A stretch of 64,000 bases of DNA from positions 158,390-222,389 of the forward strand of contig CAZPGJ010000001.1 in assembly GCA_964586515.1 (NCBI GenBank), in the 5' to 3' direction. Below, piece by piece: positions 8,432-17,913 of the stretch. Within the stretch, counting starts at the first letter, position 1; the number at the start of each line of letters is the position of its first letter. The notes below the pieces were generated by a model. That model was not told the DNA's origin. It did no database searches and saw only the letters and a list, made by a program, of their open reading frames with translations. A program made the translations under genes and the position numbers. This DNA is from an uncultured Dehalococcoidales bacterium (GTDB lineage: Bacteria; Chloroflexota; Dehalococcoidia; GIF9; AB-539-J10).

Positions 8432-9835
8432 ATGAATCTGGCAAATAGAAATCTGGTGACCATAGACGATTTATCCAACGGGGAAATCGAAGCATTGTTT
8501 TCTCTGGCAGACGAGATGGCGAACTCCCCAAATGAGCAGGCCGGACTATGCCAGGGGAAGATCATGGCCAGCTTGTTTTTTGAGCCAAGCACCCGGACCA
8601 GGCTGTCTTTTGAAGCTGGGATGCTCAGACTCGGGGGGCGTGTCATAACTGCCGTGGACATAGGGGCAAGCTCTCTGGCCAAAGGCGAAAGCATTGCTGA
8701 TATGGCGAAGGTGGTCGGAAGCTATGCCGATATAATTGTTATCAGGCACCCTTGGGAAGGAGCTGCCAGGGTGGTTGCCGACTATGCTGGTGTCCCCGTG
8801 ATAAATGCTGGCGACGGGAGCCATGAACATCCCACCCAAACCTTATGCGACCTCTACACTATTAGAAAAGAAAGGCAGACCATTAAGGGCCTCAGAATTG
8901 CTCTGTGGGGAGACTTGAAACACGGGCGAACAGTACATTCCCTGATCTATGCCTTAGCTAGGTTTGGTGCCACTATCCTTTTCTGTCCTGGCCCAGGGTT
9001 TGAGATGCCGGAGCATGTCCTCAGGAGACTAAACACAGAGTATAAAGGTGAGTTGAAAAATTGTAGGCATCTGAATCAAGAACTTGGAAGGAAGCTCTTC
9101 CCTATCGATGCCATATACTTGACTCCAAGTAGCCCGCATCAACTTGCCATGTTGCCTGACATAAGTATCCGAGTGGAACTGAAGGCGGGGGTTGACGCCC
9201 TTTATGTCACCAGGCTTCAAAAGGAAAGGCAGGCGCCCACGGTGGAGGAACAAGGGTTGAAAAAAGGCTACCCTGTGGTAGATAAAAAACTCCTTAAAGG
9301 AAAGGAGTTTAAGAAAACACTTGTTATGCATCCGCTGCCCCGTGTTAATGAGTTGACCCATGATGTGGATGCTGACCCCAGGAGCATGTATTTCAAGCAG
9401 GCAGCCTATGGGGTGCCCGTCAGAATGGCGCTCCTGGCCCTTTTATTGGGCGCCAAGGAAGTCACAATGCCTGAAGAAGAAGATTCCTTTATCTGGAAGA
9501 TAGATTATCCCGTTTATAAGCGGGATTCCGGTATTAAGTGCCCCAATAGAAACTGCGTCTCAAACCAGGAAACAGAAGTAAGATATATAAAGCCTGAGTT
9601 CAAAATAGTGAGTCGCGAGCCTTTGACATTGCGGTGCGTCTATTGCGACCATGAGCTTCATCCTCAATATGTCGCCAGCTCAGATTGGCATGAAGGGAAG
9701 CTGGAAAATAAGAAATATCACAGCGCTGACAGCCACTTCAGCCGGAAGATTAAACCCGAGAATCTGATTATTTTTGCCTCGGAAAAAGAAGCTGAGTCTC
9801 AGGGGTTCAAGCCCAGCAGCTATGTCAGACAATGA
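8432..9835 (+). CDS. pyrB: Aspartate carbamoyltransferase catalytic chain fused to a C-terminal PyrI-like zinc-ribbon domain (467 aa)
   Basis: ATCase motifs (STRTR, HPxQ, HPLP) in residues 1-~330. C-terminal ~135 aa contains CPNRNC...RCVYCDHE, resembling the PyrI zinc domain. Confidence 0.8.
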   Translation: MNLANRNLVTIDDLSNGEIEALFSLADEMANSPNEQAGLCQGKIMASLFFEPSTRTRLSFEAGMLRLGGRVITAVDIGASSLAKGESIADMAKVVGSYADIIVIRHPWEGAARVVADYAGVPVINAGDGSHEHPTQTLCDLYTIRKERQTIKGLRIALWGDLKHGRTVHSLIYALARFGATILFCPGPGFEMPEHVLRRLNTEYKGELKNCRHLNQELGRKLFPIDAIYLTPSSPHQLAMLPDISIRVELKAGVDALYVTRLQKERQAPTVEEQGLKKGYPVVDKKLLKGKEFKKTLVMHPLPRVNELTHDVDADPRSMYFKQAAYGVPVRMALLALLLGAKEVTMPEEEDSFIWKIDYPVYKRDSGIKCPNRNCVSNQETEVRYIKPEFKIVSREPLTLRCVYCDHELHPQYVASSDWHEGKLENKKYHSADSHFSRKIKPENLIIFASEKEAESQGFKPSSYVRQ

Positions 9836-11265
9836 ATAATGAAGCTATCTTTCTGCTTATCCGTGGCGGCCATATAATTGACCCCAGCCAGGGCATAGAC
9901 CAGGTTGGTGACTTGCTTATTGCTGAGGGCAAGGTTGTGCACTTGGGAGGCGAAATACCAACTGTCATTGCGAGTGACCTGCCCGCCTGCTCGCCGCACG
10001 ACTTCGGCAGGCGAGCCAAGGCTTGGCAGGCGGGAGCGAAGCAATCTCAAGCAATTGATGCCACTGGATTGATTGTCTGCCCCGGATTCGTAGACCTCCA
10101 CTGTCACCTCCGGGAGCCAGGTTTTGAGGATAAGGAAACAATCGCCACAGGGACAAAGGCAGCCGCCATAGGCGGCTTTGCCACTGTCTGCTGTATGCCG
10201 AATACCAATCCTCCCCTCGATAGCTCCTCTGTTCTAGACCTGGTGAAGAGAAATACGAGCAGGGAAAGCTTCATCACGGTTCTTCCCATAGGCTGCATTA
10301 GCAAAGGTAGGAAAGGCAAGGAATTGACCGATATGGCCAGGCTGGCAGAGGCCGGGGTGGTTGCTTTCAGCGACGATGGCGACCCAGTGAAAAGCTCACA
10401 GCTCCTGCGTCGTGCTATGGAACATAGCCGCGACCTGGGCCTGCCAATCATTGACCATTGCGAGGATAGAGCGCTGAGCGACAATGGAATCGTAAACGAA
10501 GGCCAGATATCTGCTAAGTTAGGTCTAAAAGGAATTCCTGCAGCCGCAGAAGAGGTCATTGTGGCGCGTGACTTGATTCTGGCAAAGTTGACCAGGGCCA
10601 GACTTCACATAGCCCATGTCAGCACCAGGGGCTCTGTAGAGCTTATTCGCCATGCCAAGGAAGAAGGGGGTTCAGTAACCGCTGAGGTTACACCCCACCA
10701 CCTGACTCTGACCGAGGACGCAATCACAGGCAGGTCTCACAATGACTCGCTTAATACTAACGCCAAGGTGAACCCACCTCTACGCACCAGCGAGGATATC
10801 GAAGCCTTAATCAGGGGACTCAATAACGGTGTAATCGATGCTATTGCCACCGACCACGCACCTCATACTCTGGCCGATAAAAATTGTGGGCCAGAGCTAG
10901 CCGCTTTTGGCATCAGCGGCTTTGAAACCGCTTTTGGCTGCCTCATGAGCCTGGTGCATGAAGGGAAAATAGACTTGACCATGCTGCTCTCCAAGCTCAC
11001 CTGTGAGCCAGCGAAAGTCATCAGTAGAAATGGTGAACTAGGCACCTTAAAGGCCGGCGCCCCGGCTAATATCAGCATACTCGACCCTGACCGGGAATGG
11101 ATAGTGGATAGCCGCAATTTTGCCTCTAAGGGCAAGAATACTCCTTACGATGGCTATAAGTTTAAGGGCAAGGTGATGGCAACCATAGCAAGCGGCAGGA
11201 TAGTTTACACTGATAACTCCCTTGTCATTGCGAGGAACAAAGTGACAAAGCAATCTCATGGCTAG
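9832..11265 (+). CDS. pyrC: Dihydroorotase carrying an in-frame ~85-bp palindromic repeat insertion near the N-terminus
   Basis: Amidohydrolase motifs (PGFVDLHCHLREPG, DHAPH). Residues ...VIASDLPACSPHDFGRRAKAWQAGAKQSQ... are encoded by the repeat at 9964-10048. Confidence 0.85.
   Translation: MNNEAIFLLIRGGHIIDPSQGIDQVGDLLIAEGKVVHLGGEIPTVIASDLPACSPHDFGRRAKAWQAGAKQSQAIDATGLIVCPGFVDLHCHLREPGFEDKETIATGTKAAAIGGFATVCCMPNTNPPLDSSSVLDLVKRNTSRESFITVLPIGCISKGRKGKELTDMARLAEAGVVAFSDDGDPVKSSQLLRRAMEHSRDLGLPIIDHCEDRALSDNGIVNEGQISAKLGLKGIPAAAEEVIVARDLILAKLTRARLHIAHVSTRGSVELIRHAKEEGGSVTAEVTPHHLTLTEDAITGRSHNDSLNTNAKVNPPLRTSEDIEALIRGLNNGVIDAIATDHAPHTLADKNCGPELAAFGISGFETAFGCLMSLVHEGKIDLTMLLSKLTCEPAKVISRNGELGTLKAGAPANISILDPDREWIVDSRNFASKGKNTPYDGYKFKGKVMATIASGRIVYTDNSLVIARNKVTKQSHG
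9964..10048 (+). repeat. Copy of the ~85-bp GC-rich structured repeat (GTCATTGCGAG...GCGAAGCAATCTC), in frame inside pyrC
   Basis: Near-identical to copies at 16497, 17207 and 26456 and to the inverted copy at ~34843. Internal complementary arms CCCGCCTGC/GCAGGCGGG and CTCGCC/GGCGAG. Confidence 0.85.
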
Positions 11266-12445
11266 GAAAGCGATTTTAGTCCTCGAAGATGGCTCGGTTT
11301 ACGAAGGCGAGGCCTTTGGCGCCAAGGCTACTACCTATGGTGAGGTAGTATTCAGCACGAGCATGACCGGCTACCAGGAGATGCTCACAGACCCTTCTTA
11401 TGCTGGTCAAATTCTAGTCCCCACCTATCCTTTAATTGGCAACTATGGCATCAACGAGTCCGATTTTGAATCTAAGCAAATTCAGGTCAGGGGCTTTGTT
11501 GTTCGAGAATATTGTCCTCGGCCCAGTCACTGGCAAAGCACCCGTACTTTGCACGAGTTTCTGTTGGCTTACGGCATTCCTGGCATCAGCGGCATAGATA
11601 CCCGTGCCTTAACTCGCCGCCTGAGGTCAAGCGGGGTGATGATGGGCATTCTCAGTTCAGAGATGACCATTGAAGAGGCATCGGCGGAGCTAAAAAGCTT
11701 ACCCAGATATGACTCTGTTAATTTTGTCCATCAGGTTAGCACTGAAAAATCATATGAGTGGCAATCCGGTATGCCTGTCACTGCGACCCCATCTTCCCTG
11801 TCATTGCCAGGAGCGTCAGCGGTTGCGAGGCGAAGCCGAAGCAAACTCGGCGAGATTCCTCGCTCACGCTCGGAACAGGCTCCGCAATCCCGTATAGTAG
11901 TTATCGACTACGGTCTGAAATACAACATACTGCGCATTTTGAGCCAGCTTGGCTGTCAGGCAACTGCTATCCCGTGCACTGCTTCAGCAAAAGATGTCCT
12001 AGCCTTAAATCCCGATGGTATTGTTCTCTCCCCTGGCCCTGGCGACCCTGCCCTCCTTGGTGACATAGCGGAGACGGTAAGAAATCTTATAGGTAAGAAG
12101 CCGATAATGGGCATATGCCTGGGGCATCAGCTTATAGGCAAGGCTTTAGGAGCACAGACATTCAAATTGAAGTTTGGACATCGTGGTGGTAACCATCCTG
12201 TGCGGGATTTGACTACCAGCAGAGTTTATATCACCGCTCAGAATCATGGCTATGCCCTGGATGCTGATACCTTGAAGGAAGGACTTGAGGTCAGCCACAT
12301 AAACCTGAACGATGGCACGGTGGAGGGGCTCCGCCACCGGGACTTGCCCATCCTATCCATTCAGTACCACTCCGAAGCTTCCCCCGGTCCCTGGGATAAT
12401 AAGTATCTATTTGAGAGATTTCTGGAGATGGTGGGGAGAACATGA
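11258..12445 (+). CDS. carA: Carbamoyl-phosphate synthase small (glutaminase) subunit, with a ~35-aa repeat-derived insertion in the interdomain linker
   Basis: N-terminal CPSase small-chain domain and class-I GATase triad region (GICLGHQ, HGYA). The linker PSSLSLPGASAVARRSRSKLGEIPRSRSEQAPQSR is encoded by degenerate repeat sequence. Confidence 0.85.
   Translation: MARKAILVLEDGSVYEGEAFGAKATTYGEVVFSTSMTGYQEMLTDPSYAGQILVPTYPLIGNYGINESDFESKQIQVRGFVVREYCPRPSHWQSTRTLHEFLLAYGIPGISGIDTRALTRRLRSSGVMMGILSSEMTIEEASAELKSLPRYDSVNFVHQVSTEKSYEWQSGMPVTATPSSLSLPGASAVARRSRSKLGEIPRSRSEQAPQSRIVVIDYGLKYNILRILSQLGCQATAIPCTASAKDVLALNPDGIVLSPGPGDPALLGDIAETVRNLIGKKPIMGICLGHQLIGKALGAQTFKLKFGHRGGNHPVRDLTTSRVYITAQNHGYALDADTLKEGLEVSHINLNDGTVEGLRHRDLPILSIQYHSEASPGPWDNKYLFERFLEMVGRT
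11776..11870 (+). repeat. Degenerate/composite copy of the GTCATTGCGAG...GAAGCAATCTC repeat family (GTCACTGCGACC...GTCATTGCCAGG...CGAAGCAAACTC...GAGATTCCTCGCTC), in frame inside carA
   Basis: Terminal motifs of the family are recognisable with mismatches; the interior has diverged. Confidence 0.5.
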
Positions 12446-12735
12446 AAAATCCAGAGGTATTTATTAACATTTTAAAAGAGAATTGGCTTCACGCCCGGCA
12501 CATAGAGATTGTGAGGATGCTGTTTGCCAACATATATGCAGCAATTATTGCTGGGGTGTTAGCTTATCTAGGTAAATCGGGATTACATATTATGCCTCTC
12601 GCTGCTCTTCTTGTGATATCAATATTTTGGCTTTGTTTTACATTAAAACAAAATGCTGAATTTGCCAATCACATGAAATCAATCGAAAATATTTTTAACG
12701 ATGGGAAAATATCTCTGGGAGAGCAAAATGAGTGA
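12442..12735 (+). CDS. Hypothetical small membrane protein (97 aa, two predicted TM helices) between carA and carB
   Basis: ORF overlaps the carA stop (ATGA). Hydrophobic segments IYAAIIAGVLAYLG and LAALLVISIFWLCF. Low-GC segment. No recognisable family. Confidence 0.35.
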   Translation: MKNPEVFINILKENWLHARHIEIVRMLFANIYAAIIAGVLAYLGKSGLHIMPLAALLVISIFWLCFTLKQNAEFANHMKSIENIFNDGKISLGEQNE

Positions 12736-12913
12736 AGAAAATATGTTGGCATGCCTCTCTCAGCCAAAGGGGGAATATGGAGGATACTCAGAGTAAGCAC
12801 CATATTTGTCGTTTTTTATGTGGCGGTTATTATAACACTCGTTTCACTGATAATTTATGTTTTGGTGCGTTAGTTAAGTGAAGAAATACCCAGAATTCCC
12901 TATAAGAAACAAA

Positions 12914-15900
12914 ATGTCCAAAATATCTAAAGTCTTAGTCATTGGCTCGGGGCCGATAATCATCGGACAGGCGGCGGAGTTCGATTATTCCGGGACTCAG
13001 GCATGCCGAGCACTGAGAGAAGAGGGCGTGACCACGGTCCTGGTGAACTCGAACCCGGCCACCATCATGACGGACGAGGGCATTGCTGATATCGTTTATA
13101 TCGAGCCGCTCACGGTGGAAGTCCTGGCTCGCATAATTGAAAGAGAGCGTCCCGATGGCTTATTGCCTACACTGGGTGGGCAAACAGGGCTCAATTTGGC
13201 GGTGGAGTTAGCCGATGCCGGCGTACTCGACAAGTATCATGTGCGGTCTCTGGGCACACCTATAGAAACGATAAAGAAGGCTGAAGAAAGGTCTTTGTTC
13301 AAGCAGCTTCTTCTTGATATTGGCGAGCCTGTGCCTCCAAGCAAAACTGTAAAATCGGTGGAAGAAGCAAAAGAACTGGCAAGGTCCATAGGTTTGCCTC
13401 TCATTGTCCGCCCTTCCTATACTCTGGGAGGCACTGGCGGCGGCATCACTTACACTATGAAAGAGCTCGAACAGACCGTTGCTAATGGTCTGGATTCCAG
13501 CATGAGCCACGAGGTTCTGGTGGAGCAATGTGTTTTAGGTTGGAAGGAAATTGAATTTGAAGTCATGCGAGATGCTGCCGACAACTGCATCGCTGTCTGT
13601 ATCATGGAGAACATTGACCCCATGGGCGTTCATACCGGGGATAGTATCGTAGTAGCCCCCAGCCAAACTCTCACCGACAAAGAATACCAGATGCTCAGGT
13701 CGGCCAGTTTAAAAATCATAAGGGCGCTGAAAATCGAGGGTGGCTGCAATATACAGTTCGCCCTTACTCCACATCCCATAGTTGCGGAAAAATGGGCTCC
13801 GGACCAGAAGGGAGTCACAAGAAGCCAATATCACGTAATTGAAGTTAACCCTCGTGTCAGCCGTAGTTCGGCTTTAGCCAGTAAAGCCACGGGCTATCCT
13901 ATTGCCCGGGTCGCTGCCAAAATAGCCATAGGCAAGAGACTCGATGAAATCCCCAATAGGGTCACAGGCAAAACACTGGCGTCTTTCGAGCCAGCTCTGG
14001 ATTACTGCGTAGTCAAGATTCCCAGATGGCCCTTCGATAAATTTGCTTTGGGTGACCGAAAAATTGGCAGTCAGATGAAAGCCACTGGTGAGGTAATGGC
14101 CATTGACAGGTGTTTTGAGGCTGCTCTGCAAAAGGCAGTGCGCTCCCTGGAATTCGGCAAACGCACCCTGCTCTGGGAAGACCTCAGTTGGAGTAGAGGG
14201 GAGGGGCTTAATTCCTATCCGCTTTACCCTAACGACTTAAGACTATGGGCGATCATGGCAGCGCTGCGAAGGGAGGCCAGGCCCGAAGAGCTCTCACAGG
14301 TCACCGGCATAGACCCCTGGTTTATTTATAAGTTCCAGAATATTGTGGACATGGAGAGGAGGCTTCTTTCCGAACCGTTGACACCGGAGCTTTTATGGGA
14401 GGCGAAGAGGCTGGGCTTTTCCGATGAGCAAGTAAGCACTTTGGCCGATAGGTTGCCAGAGCAGGTAAGACAGGCTCGCCATCAATGGAAAATTTGTCCG
14501 GTGTACAAGATGGTGGATACCTGTGCCGCCGAATTTGATGCTGAGACCCCTTATTTCTACAGCACTTATGAAAGAGAAAACGAAGCTGATTCCCTGGCAG
14601 AGAAGAAAGCTGTGGTTATCGGCAGCGGGCCGATACGCATCGGGCAGGGAATTGAGTTCGACTATTGCTGCGTTCATTCAGCCTGGGCGCTTCAAGAGAT
14701 AGGCATAAAGAGCATCTTGGTCAATTCTAATCCCGAGACAGTTTCCACTGATTTTGACACCAGTACTCGCCTCTATTTCGAAGCATTGGACGAGGAAAGC
14801 ATCCGAAATATACTTCAGAATGAGAGTAACAACGGTTCTGCTCCACCATCCATCGTCCAGCTTGGTGGACAAACACCTATTAATTTGGTTGGAGTCTTAG
14901 CTCGCAACAATTTGCCGATACTTGGCTCGAGCGCCGAAGCTATAGACATAGCTGAAGACCGCCGTCGCTTTGAAGATTTCCTGGACAGACTAGGTATTCC
15001 TCAGCCGCCAGGGGCTGGAGTAACATCCATTGAAGCGGCATTAAATGTAGCCAAGTCCTTAGGTTATCCTGTGTTAGTGCGCCCTAGCTATGTCCTGGGG
15101 GGCCGGGCTATGGAAATCGTGTATAACGAGCCTGAGTTAATCCGCTACCTGACATTAGCTCTGGAGATGGATAGCCAGCATCCTGTGCTTATTGATAAAT
15201 ACTTCCAGGGTAAAGAAGTCGAGGTAGATGCCATTTGCGATGGCGAAAAGGTTCTTATTCCTGGCGTGATGGAGCATATTGAAAGAGCTGGCGTACATAG
15301 CGGTGATGCCTTGGCTATCTACCCGGGAATCAACCTGACTCCGGAAGAAGTAGATACTATGGTGGATTACACCATGAGGATTGGACCGGCCCTGGGAATT
15401 AAAGGGTTGATGAACGTTCAGATGGTAATAATGAGGGACCCAGCACTCAACTCGTTGAGTGCTGGGCGCTCAACGGTATATGTTTTTGAGGTAAATCCCC
15501 GCGCCAGCCGAACCGTACCTTTTATCTCCAAGGTAACTGGCGTGCCCATGGTAAGAATTGCCACTAAGGTCATGGCTGGGATTAGCCTCAAGGAGCAAGG
15601 CTATGAAGGCGGGTTATGGAAGAGACAAAAGTTGGTAGGTATAAAGGCTCCCGTTTTTTCTATGTCAAAATTGACTGGAGTAGATAGCTACCTCGGTCCT
15701 GAGATGAAATCCACAGGCGAGGTTATGGGGATTGATTACAGCTTTGAGGCGGCCCTGGTTAAGGCCCTTTTAGCTGCTGGATTGATGCTGCCTCAAGGAG
15801 GTAGTCTGCTACTTAGCATTGCCGACAAGGATAAAACTGAAGCCGAGCCTCTGATTAAGCAATTGCATTCCCTGCGCCACGAGCTCTACGCCACGGAGGG

Positions 15901-16213
15901 GACCGCAGCGATGATTGAATCTATGGGGTTCCCGGTAAAAATGGTGACCAAGAAGCTAAGCGAAGGACATCCTAACGTTGTTGATGTTATTCAAGATAAT
16001 TCTGTGAGCGGAGTGATTAATACTATCACTGGAGGGCGCATTCCGCTAAAAGACGGCTTAGATATCAGGCGCGCCGCGGCAGAAAAGAGGATACCATGCT
16101 TCACCTCATTAGATACTGCTCGGGTAGCTATAGGAGCATTAGTAAATAGTAGACAAATCTTTAACGTTCAACCACTCAGGGAGTACTTAAGAAAATCAAA
16201 AGGCAAAAGTTAA
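12914..16213 (+). CDS. carB: Carbamoyl-phosphate synthase large subunit, carrying an in-frame 30-nt palindrome insertion
   Basis: ORF 12878..16213; conserved start [20 protein letters not shown] at 12914. Two ATP-grasp halves and an MGS-like C-terminus. Residues [10 protein letters not shown] are encoded by the palindrome at 15439-15466. Confidence 0.9.
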   Translation: MSKISKVLVIGSGPIIIGQAAEFDYSGTQACRALREEGVTTVLVNSNPATIMTDEGIADIVYIEPLTVEVLARIIERERPDGLLPTLGGQTGLNLAVELADAGVLDKYHVRSLGTPIETIKKAEERSLFKQLLLDIGEPVPPSKTVKSVEEAKELARSIGLPLIVRPSYTLGGTGGGITYTMKELEQTVANGLDSSMSHEVLVEQCVLGWKEIEFEVMRDAADNCIAVCIMENIDPMGVHTGDSIVVAPSQTLTDKEYQMLRSASLKIIRALKIEGGCNIQFALTPHPIVAEKWAPDQKGVTRSQYHVIEVNPRVSRSSALASKATGYPIARVAAKIAIGKRLDEIPNRVTGKTLASFEPALDYCVVKIPRWPFDKFALGDRKIGSQMKATGEVMAIDRCFEAALQKAVRSLEFGKRTLLWEDLSWSRGEGLNSYPLYPNDLRLWAIMAALRREARPEELSQVTGIDPWFIYKFQNIVDMERRLLSEPLTPELLWEAKRLGFSDEQVSTLADRLPEQVRQARHQWKICPVYKMVDTCAAEFDAETPYFYSTYERENEADSLAEKKAVVIGSGPIRIGQGIEFDYCCVHSAWALQEIGIKSILVNSNPETVSTDFDTSTRLYFEALDEESIRNILQNESNNGSAPPSIVQLGGQTPINLVGVLARNNLPILGSSAEAIDIAEDRRRFEDFLDRLGIPQPPGAGVTSIEAALNVAKSLGYPVLVRPSYVLGGRAMEIVYNEPELIRYLTLALEMDSQHPVLIDKYFQGKEVEVDAICDGEKVLIPGVMEHIERAGVHSGDALAIYPGINLTPEEVDTMVDYTMRIGPALGIKGLMNVQMVIMRDPALNSLSAGRSTVYVFEVNPRASRTVPFISKVTGVPMVRIATKVMAGISLKEQGYEGGLWKRQKLVGIKAPVFSMSKLTGVDSYLGPEMKSTGEVMGIDYSFEAALVKALLAAGLMLPQGGSLLLSIADKDKTEAEPLIKQLHSLRHELYATEGTAAMIESMGFPVKMVTKKLSEGHPNVVDVIQDNSVSGVINTITGGRIPLKDGLDIRRAAAEKRIPCFTSLDTARVAIGALVNSRQIFNVQPLREYLRKSKGKS
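15439..15466 (+). repeat. Copy 2 of the CCCAGCACTCA palindrome family (CCCAGCACTCAA-ctcg-TTGAGTGCTGGG), in frame inside carB
   Basis: 28-bp near-perfect palindrome. The G>A change on the left arm is compensated by C>T on the right arm relative to copies 1 and 3. Confidence 0.7.
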
Positions 16214-16316
16214 AAATCAAAATTACAATTCAAAATGGAAAAATGCTTCGTTTTTGATTTTTGCTCTGTCATTTTGCTTTTTTATCTTTAAATTTTGATA
16301 TTGTTTAGGTTTTAGC
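16214..16316 (+). repeat. AT-rich intergenic repeat (family with ttttgatttttg / gtcattttg / caaaatg motifs) between carB and pyrK
   Basis: Shares motifs with the spacers at 32584, 45087, 45636, 47752 and 50380. Confidence 0.45.
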
Positions 16317-17195
16317 ATGAAACAAACCTTGTGCTCCGTAACCTCTAATGTGGAAGTCATGCCCGGCATACACCTCATGTGGATTGAGGCACCAGATATA
16401 GCAGTGACGGCTCAGCCGGGGCAATTCATCACAGTGCGGTGTGGAAGTTTTACATTGCGCCGCCCTTTCAGCGTCCACCAAGTTGGGAGTAATAATGTCA
16501 TTGCGAGCGACCTGCCCGCCTGCTCGCCGTACGACTTCGGCAGGCGAGCCAAGGCTTGGCAGGCGGGAGCGAAGCAATCTCAAGTTGCCCTTCTGTTCAA
16601 GGTAACAGGCAAAGGTACCCTCTGGCTGTCGCAGCGACAAATAGGTGAGAGGATAGACATTCTTGGCCCCTTGGGTAAGGGGTTTAGTATCGAACCAAAA
16701 TCTAAACATTTGCTGCTGGTGGCTGGGGGAATTGGCATTGCTCCGCTTGTTTTCTTGATGCAGCATGCTTCATCTCAGCACCAGATAACTTTAATTCACG
16801 GGGCGAGCACTGCTGCTCAACTCTATACCGAGCGCTGTCAGCTAACAGCCATCAGCTATCAGGGAGTTCAATTTATTCCTGTCACCGAAGATGGCACCAT
16901 GGGCCAAAAAGGCATGGCCACGGATATCCTGCCTGATTTCCTAGACTGGGCTGACCAGGTGTATGCCTGCGGGCCTGTAGACATGTACAAGGCAATGGCG
17001 GAGATGTCATTGCGAGCGGAGCGAAGCAATCTCAAACTGAAGAAATGTCAGGTTTCCCTTGAGGTGCGGATGGGGTGTGGTTTTGGAGCTTGCTACGGCT
17101 GCACTGTAAATACCAAGAAAGGCTTAGAACGCATATGCCGTGATGGACCTGTATTTGAGTTGGACGATATCATATGGCAGGAGATAAAGATATGA
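16317..17195 (+). CDS. pyrK: Dihydroorotate dehydrogenase electron-transfer subunit PyrK (FAD/NAD-binding, 2Fe-2S), with two in-frame repeat insertions
   Basis: Ferredoxin-reductase fold motifs (RRPFSV, GGIGIAP) and a C-terminal Cys cluster CGFGACYGC. Repeat copies at 16497-16581 and 17006-17033 are translated in frame. Confidence 0.8.
   Translation: MKQTLCSVTSNVEVMPGIHLMWIEAPDIAVTAQPGQFITVRCGSFTLRRPFSVHQVGSNNVIASDLPACSPYDFGRRAKAWQAGAKQSQVALLFKVTGKGTLWLSQRQIGERIDILGPLGKGFSIEPKSKHLLLVAGGIGIAPLVFLMQHASSQHQITLIHGASTAAQLYTERCQLTAISYQGVQFIPVTEDGTMGQKGMATDILPDFLDWADQVYACGPVDMYKAMAEMSLRAERSNLKLKKCQVSLEVRMGCGFGACYGCTVNTKKGLERICRDGPVFELDDIIWQEIKI
16497..16581 (+). repeat. Full-length copy of the ~85-bp structured repeat, in frame in pyrK
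   Basis: GTCATTGCGAGCGACCTGCCCGCCTGCTCGCCGTACGACTTCGGCAGGCGAGCCAAGGCTTGGCAGGCGGGAGCGAAGCAATCTC. Confidence 0.85.
17006..17033 (+). repeat. Minimal 28-bp copy holding only the two terminal motifs (GTCATTGCGAGCGGAGCGAAGCAATCTC), in frame in pyrK
   Basis: Termini of the family abut with the interior deleted. Confidence 0.6.
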
Positions 17196-17206
17196 CCACC
17201 CACTCC

Positions 17207-17291
17207 GTCATTGCGAGCGACCTGCGCGCCTGCTCGCCGTACGACTTCGGCAGGCGAGCCAAGGCTTGGCAGGCGGGAGCGAAGCAATCTC
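17207..17291 (+). repeat. Full-length copy of the ~85-bp structured repeat, intergenic (12 nt after the pyrK stop)
   Basis: One mismatch (CCTGCGCGCC) relative to the consensus. Confidence 0.85.
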
Positions 17292-17310
17292 TTTGGAAGG
17301 AGGTAAGAAT

Positions 17311-17730
17311 ATGACCGTGGTAACCAAGGATATCACCCTTCAATCAAGAGGTAATTGTGACATCATCGATATAACCTCTCAGGTGGCCAAGAATGTCGAG
17401 AAATCTGGGGTTAATAGTGGAATAGTCACCCTGCTTATAGTCGGTTCAACAGCGGGAATAACCACCATAGAGTATGAGCCAAATCTACTTTCCGATTTCA
17501 AGAATATGTGGGATAGGGTGATACCCCAGAATATTCCTTACGAGCATAATAAAACCTGGGGGGATGGGAATGGCCATTCCCACGTGCGTGCTTCCACGCT
17601 CGGAGCTTCACTAATAATACCTTTTGTGAATAAGAGGTTAACTCTGGGCACCTGGCAGCAGATAATTTTCGTAGATTTCGATAATCGTCCCAGGTCCAGA
17701 AAGATTGTTATTCAGATATTGGGCGAGTAA
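17311..17730 (+). CDS. YjbQ/UPF0047-family protein (secondary thiamine-phosphate synthase-like)
   Basis: ORF 17266..17730; likely start ATG 17311 after GGAAGGAGGT. Family pattern visible (ITLQSRGNCDIIDIT...GIVTLLIVGSTAGITT...HSHVRAS). Confidence 0.6.
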   Translation: MTVVTKDITLQSRGNCDIIDITSQVAKNVEKSGVNSGIVTLLIVGSTAGITTIEYEPNLLSDFKNMWDRVIPQNIPYEHNKTWGDGNGHSHVRASTLGASLIIPFVNKRLTLGTWQQIIFVDFDNRPRSRKIVIQILGE

Positions 17731-17913
17731 GCATATATCATGTGCATATACAGGCCTTTCTGCTATCTCTTGAACTAAAGCCCACTCTTTTCCGAATATA
17801 CTTTATTTCCTCCAGGGAACACGCCCTAAATTGTCGGTTAAGTTATGTCTCCTAATCGTCTCATTTCCCTGATGCTGAACAGCTACCCTGGTAGGCAGAT
17901 ACCTTGTAAGACC

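Noticed and set aside
16305-16766. Minus-strand ORFs 16305-16766, 9820-10107, 17093-17287, 26113-26511 and 26457-26723, and plus-strand ORF 34814-35011, containing the peptide LRSRLPSLGSPAEVVRRAGGQV or ARLPKSYGEQAGRSLAMT
   Set aside because: They are antisense to strongly supported genes (pyrK, pyrC, proA, hisG). The shared peptide is simply the reverse-strand translation of the 85-bp repeat, so these are repeat-generated artefacts rather than genes.
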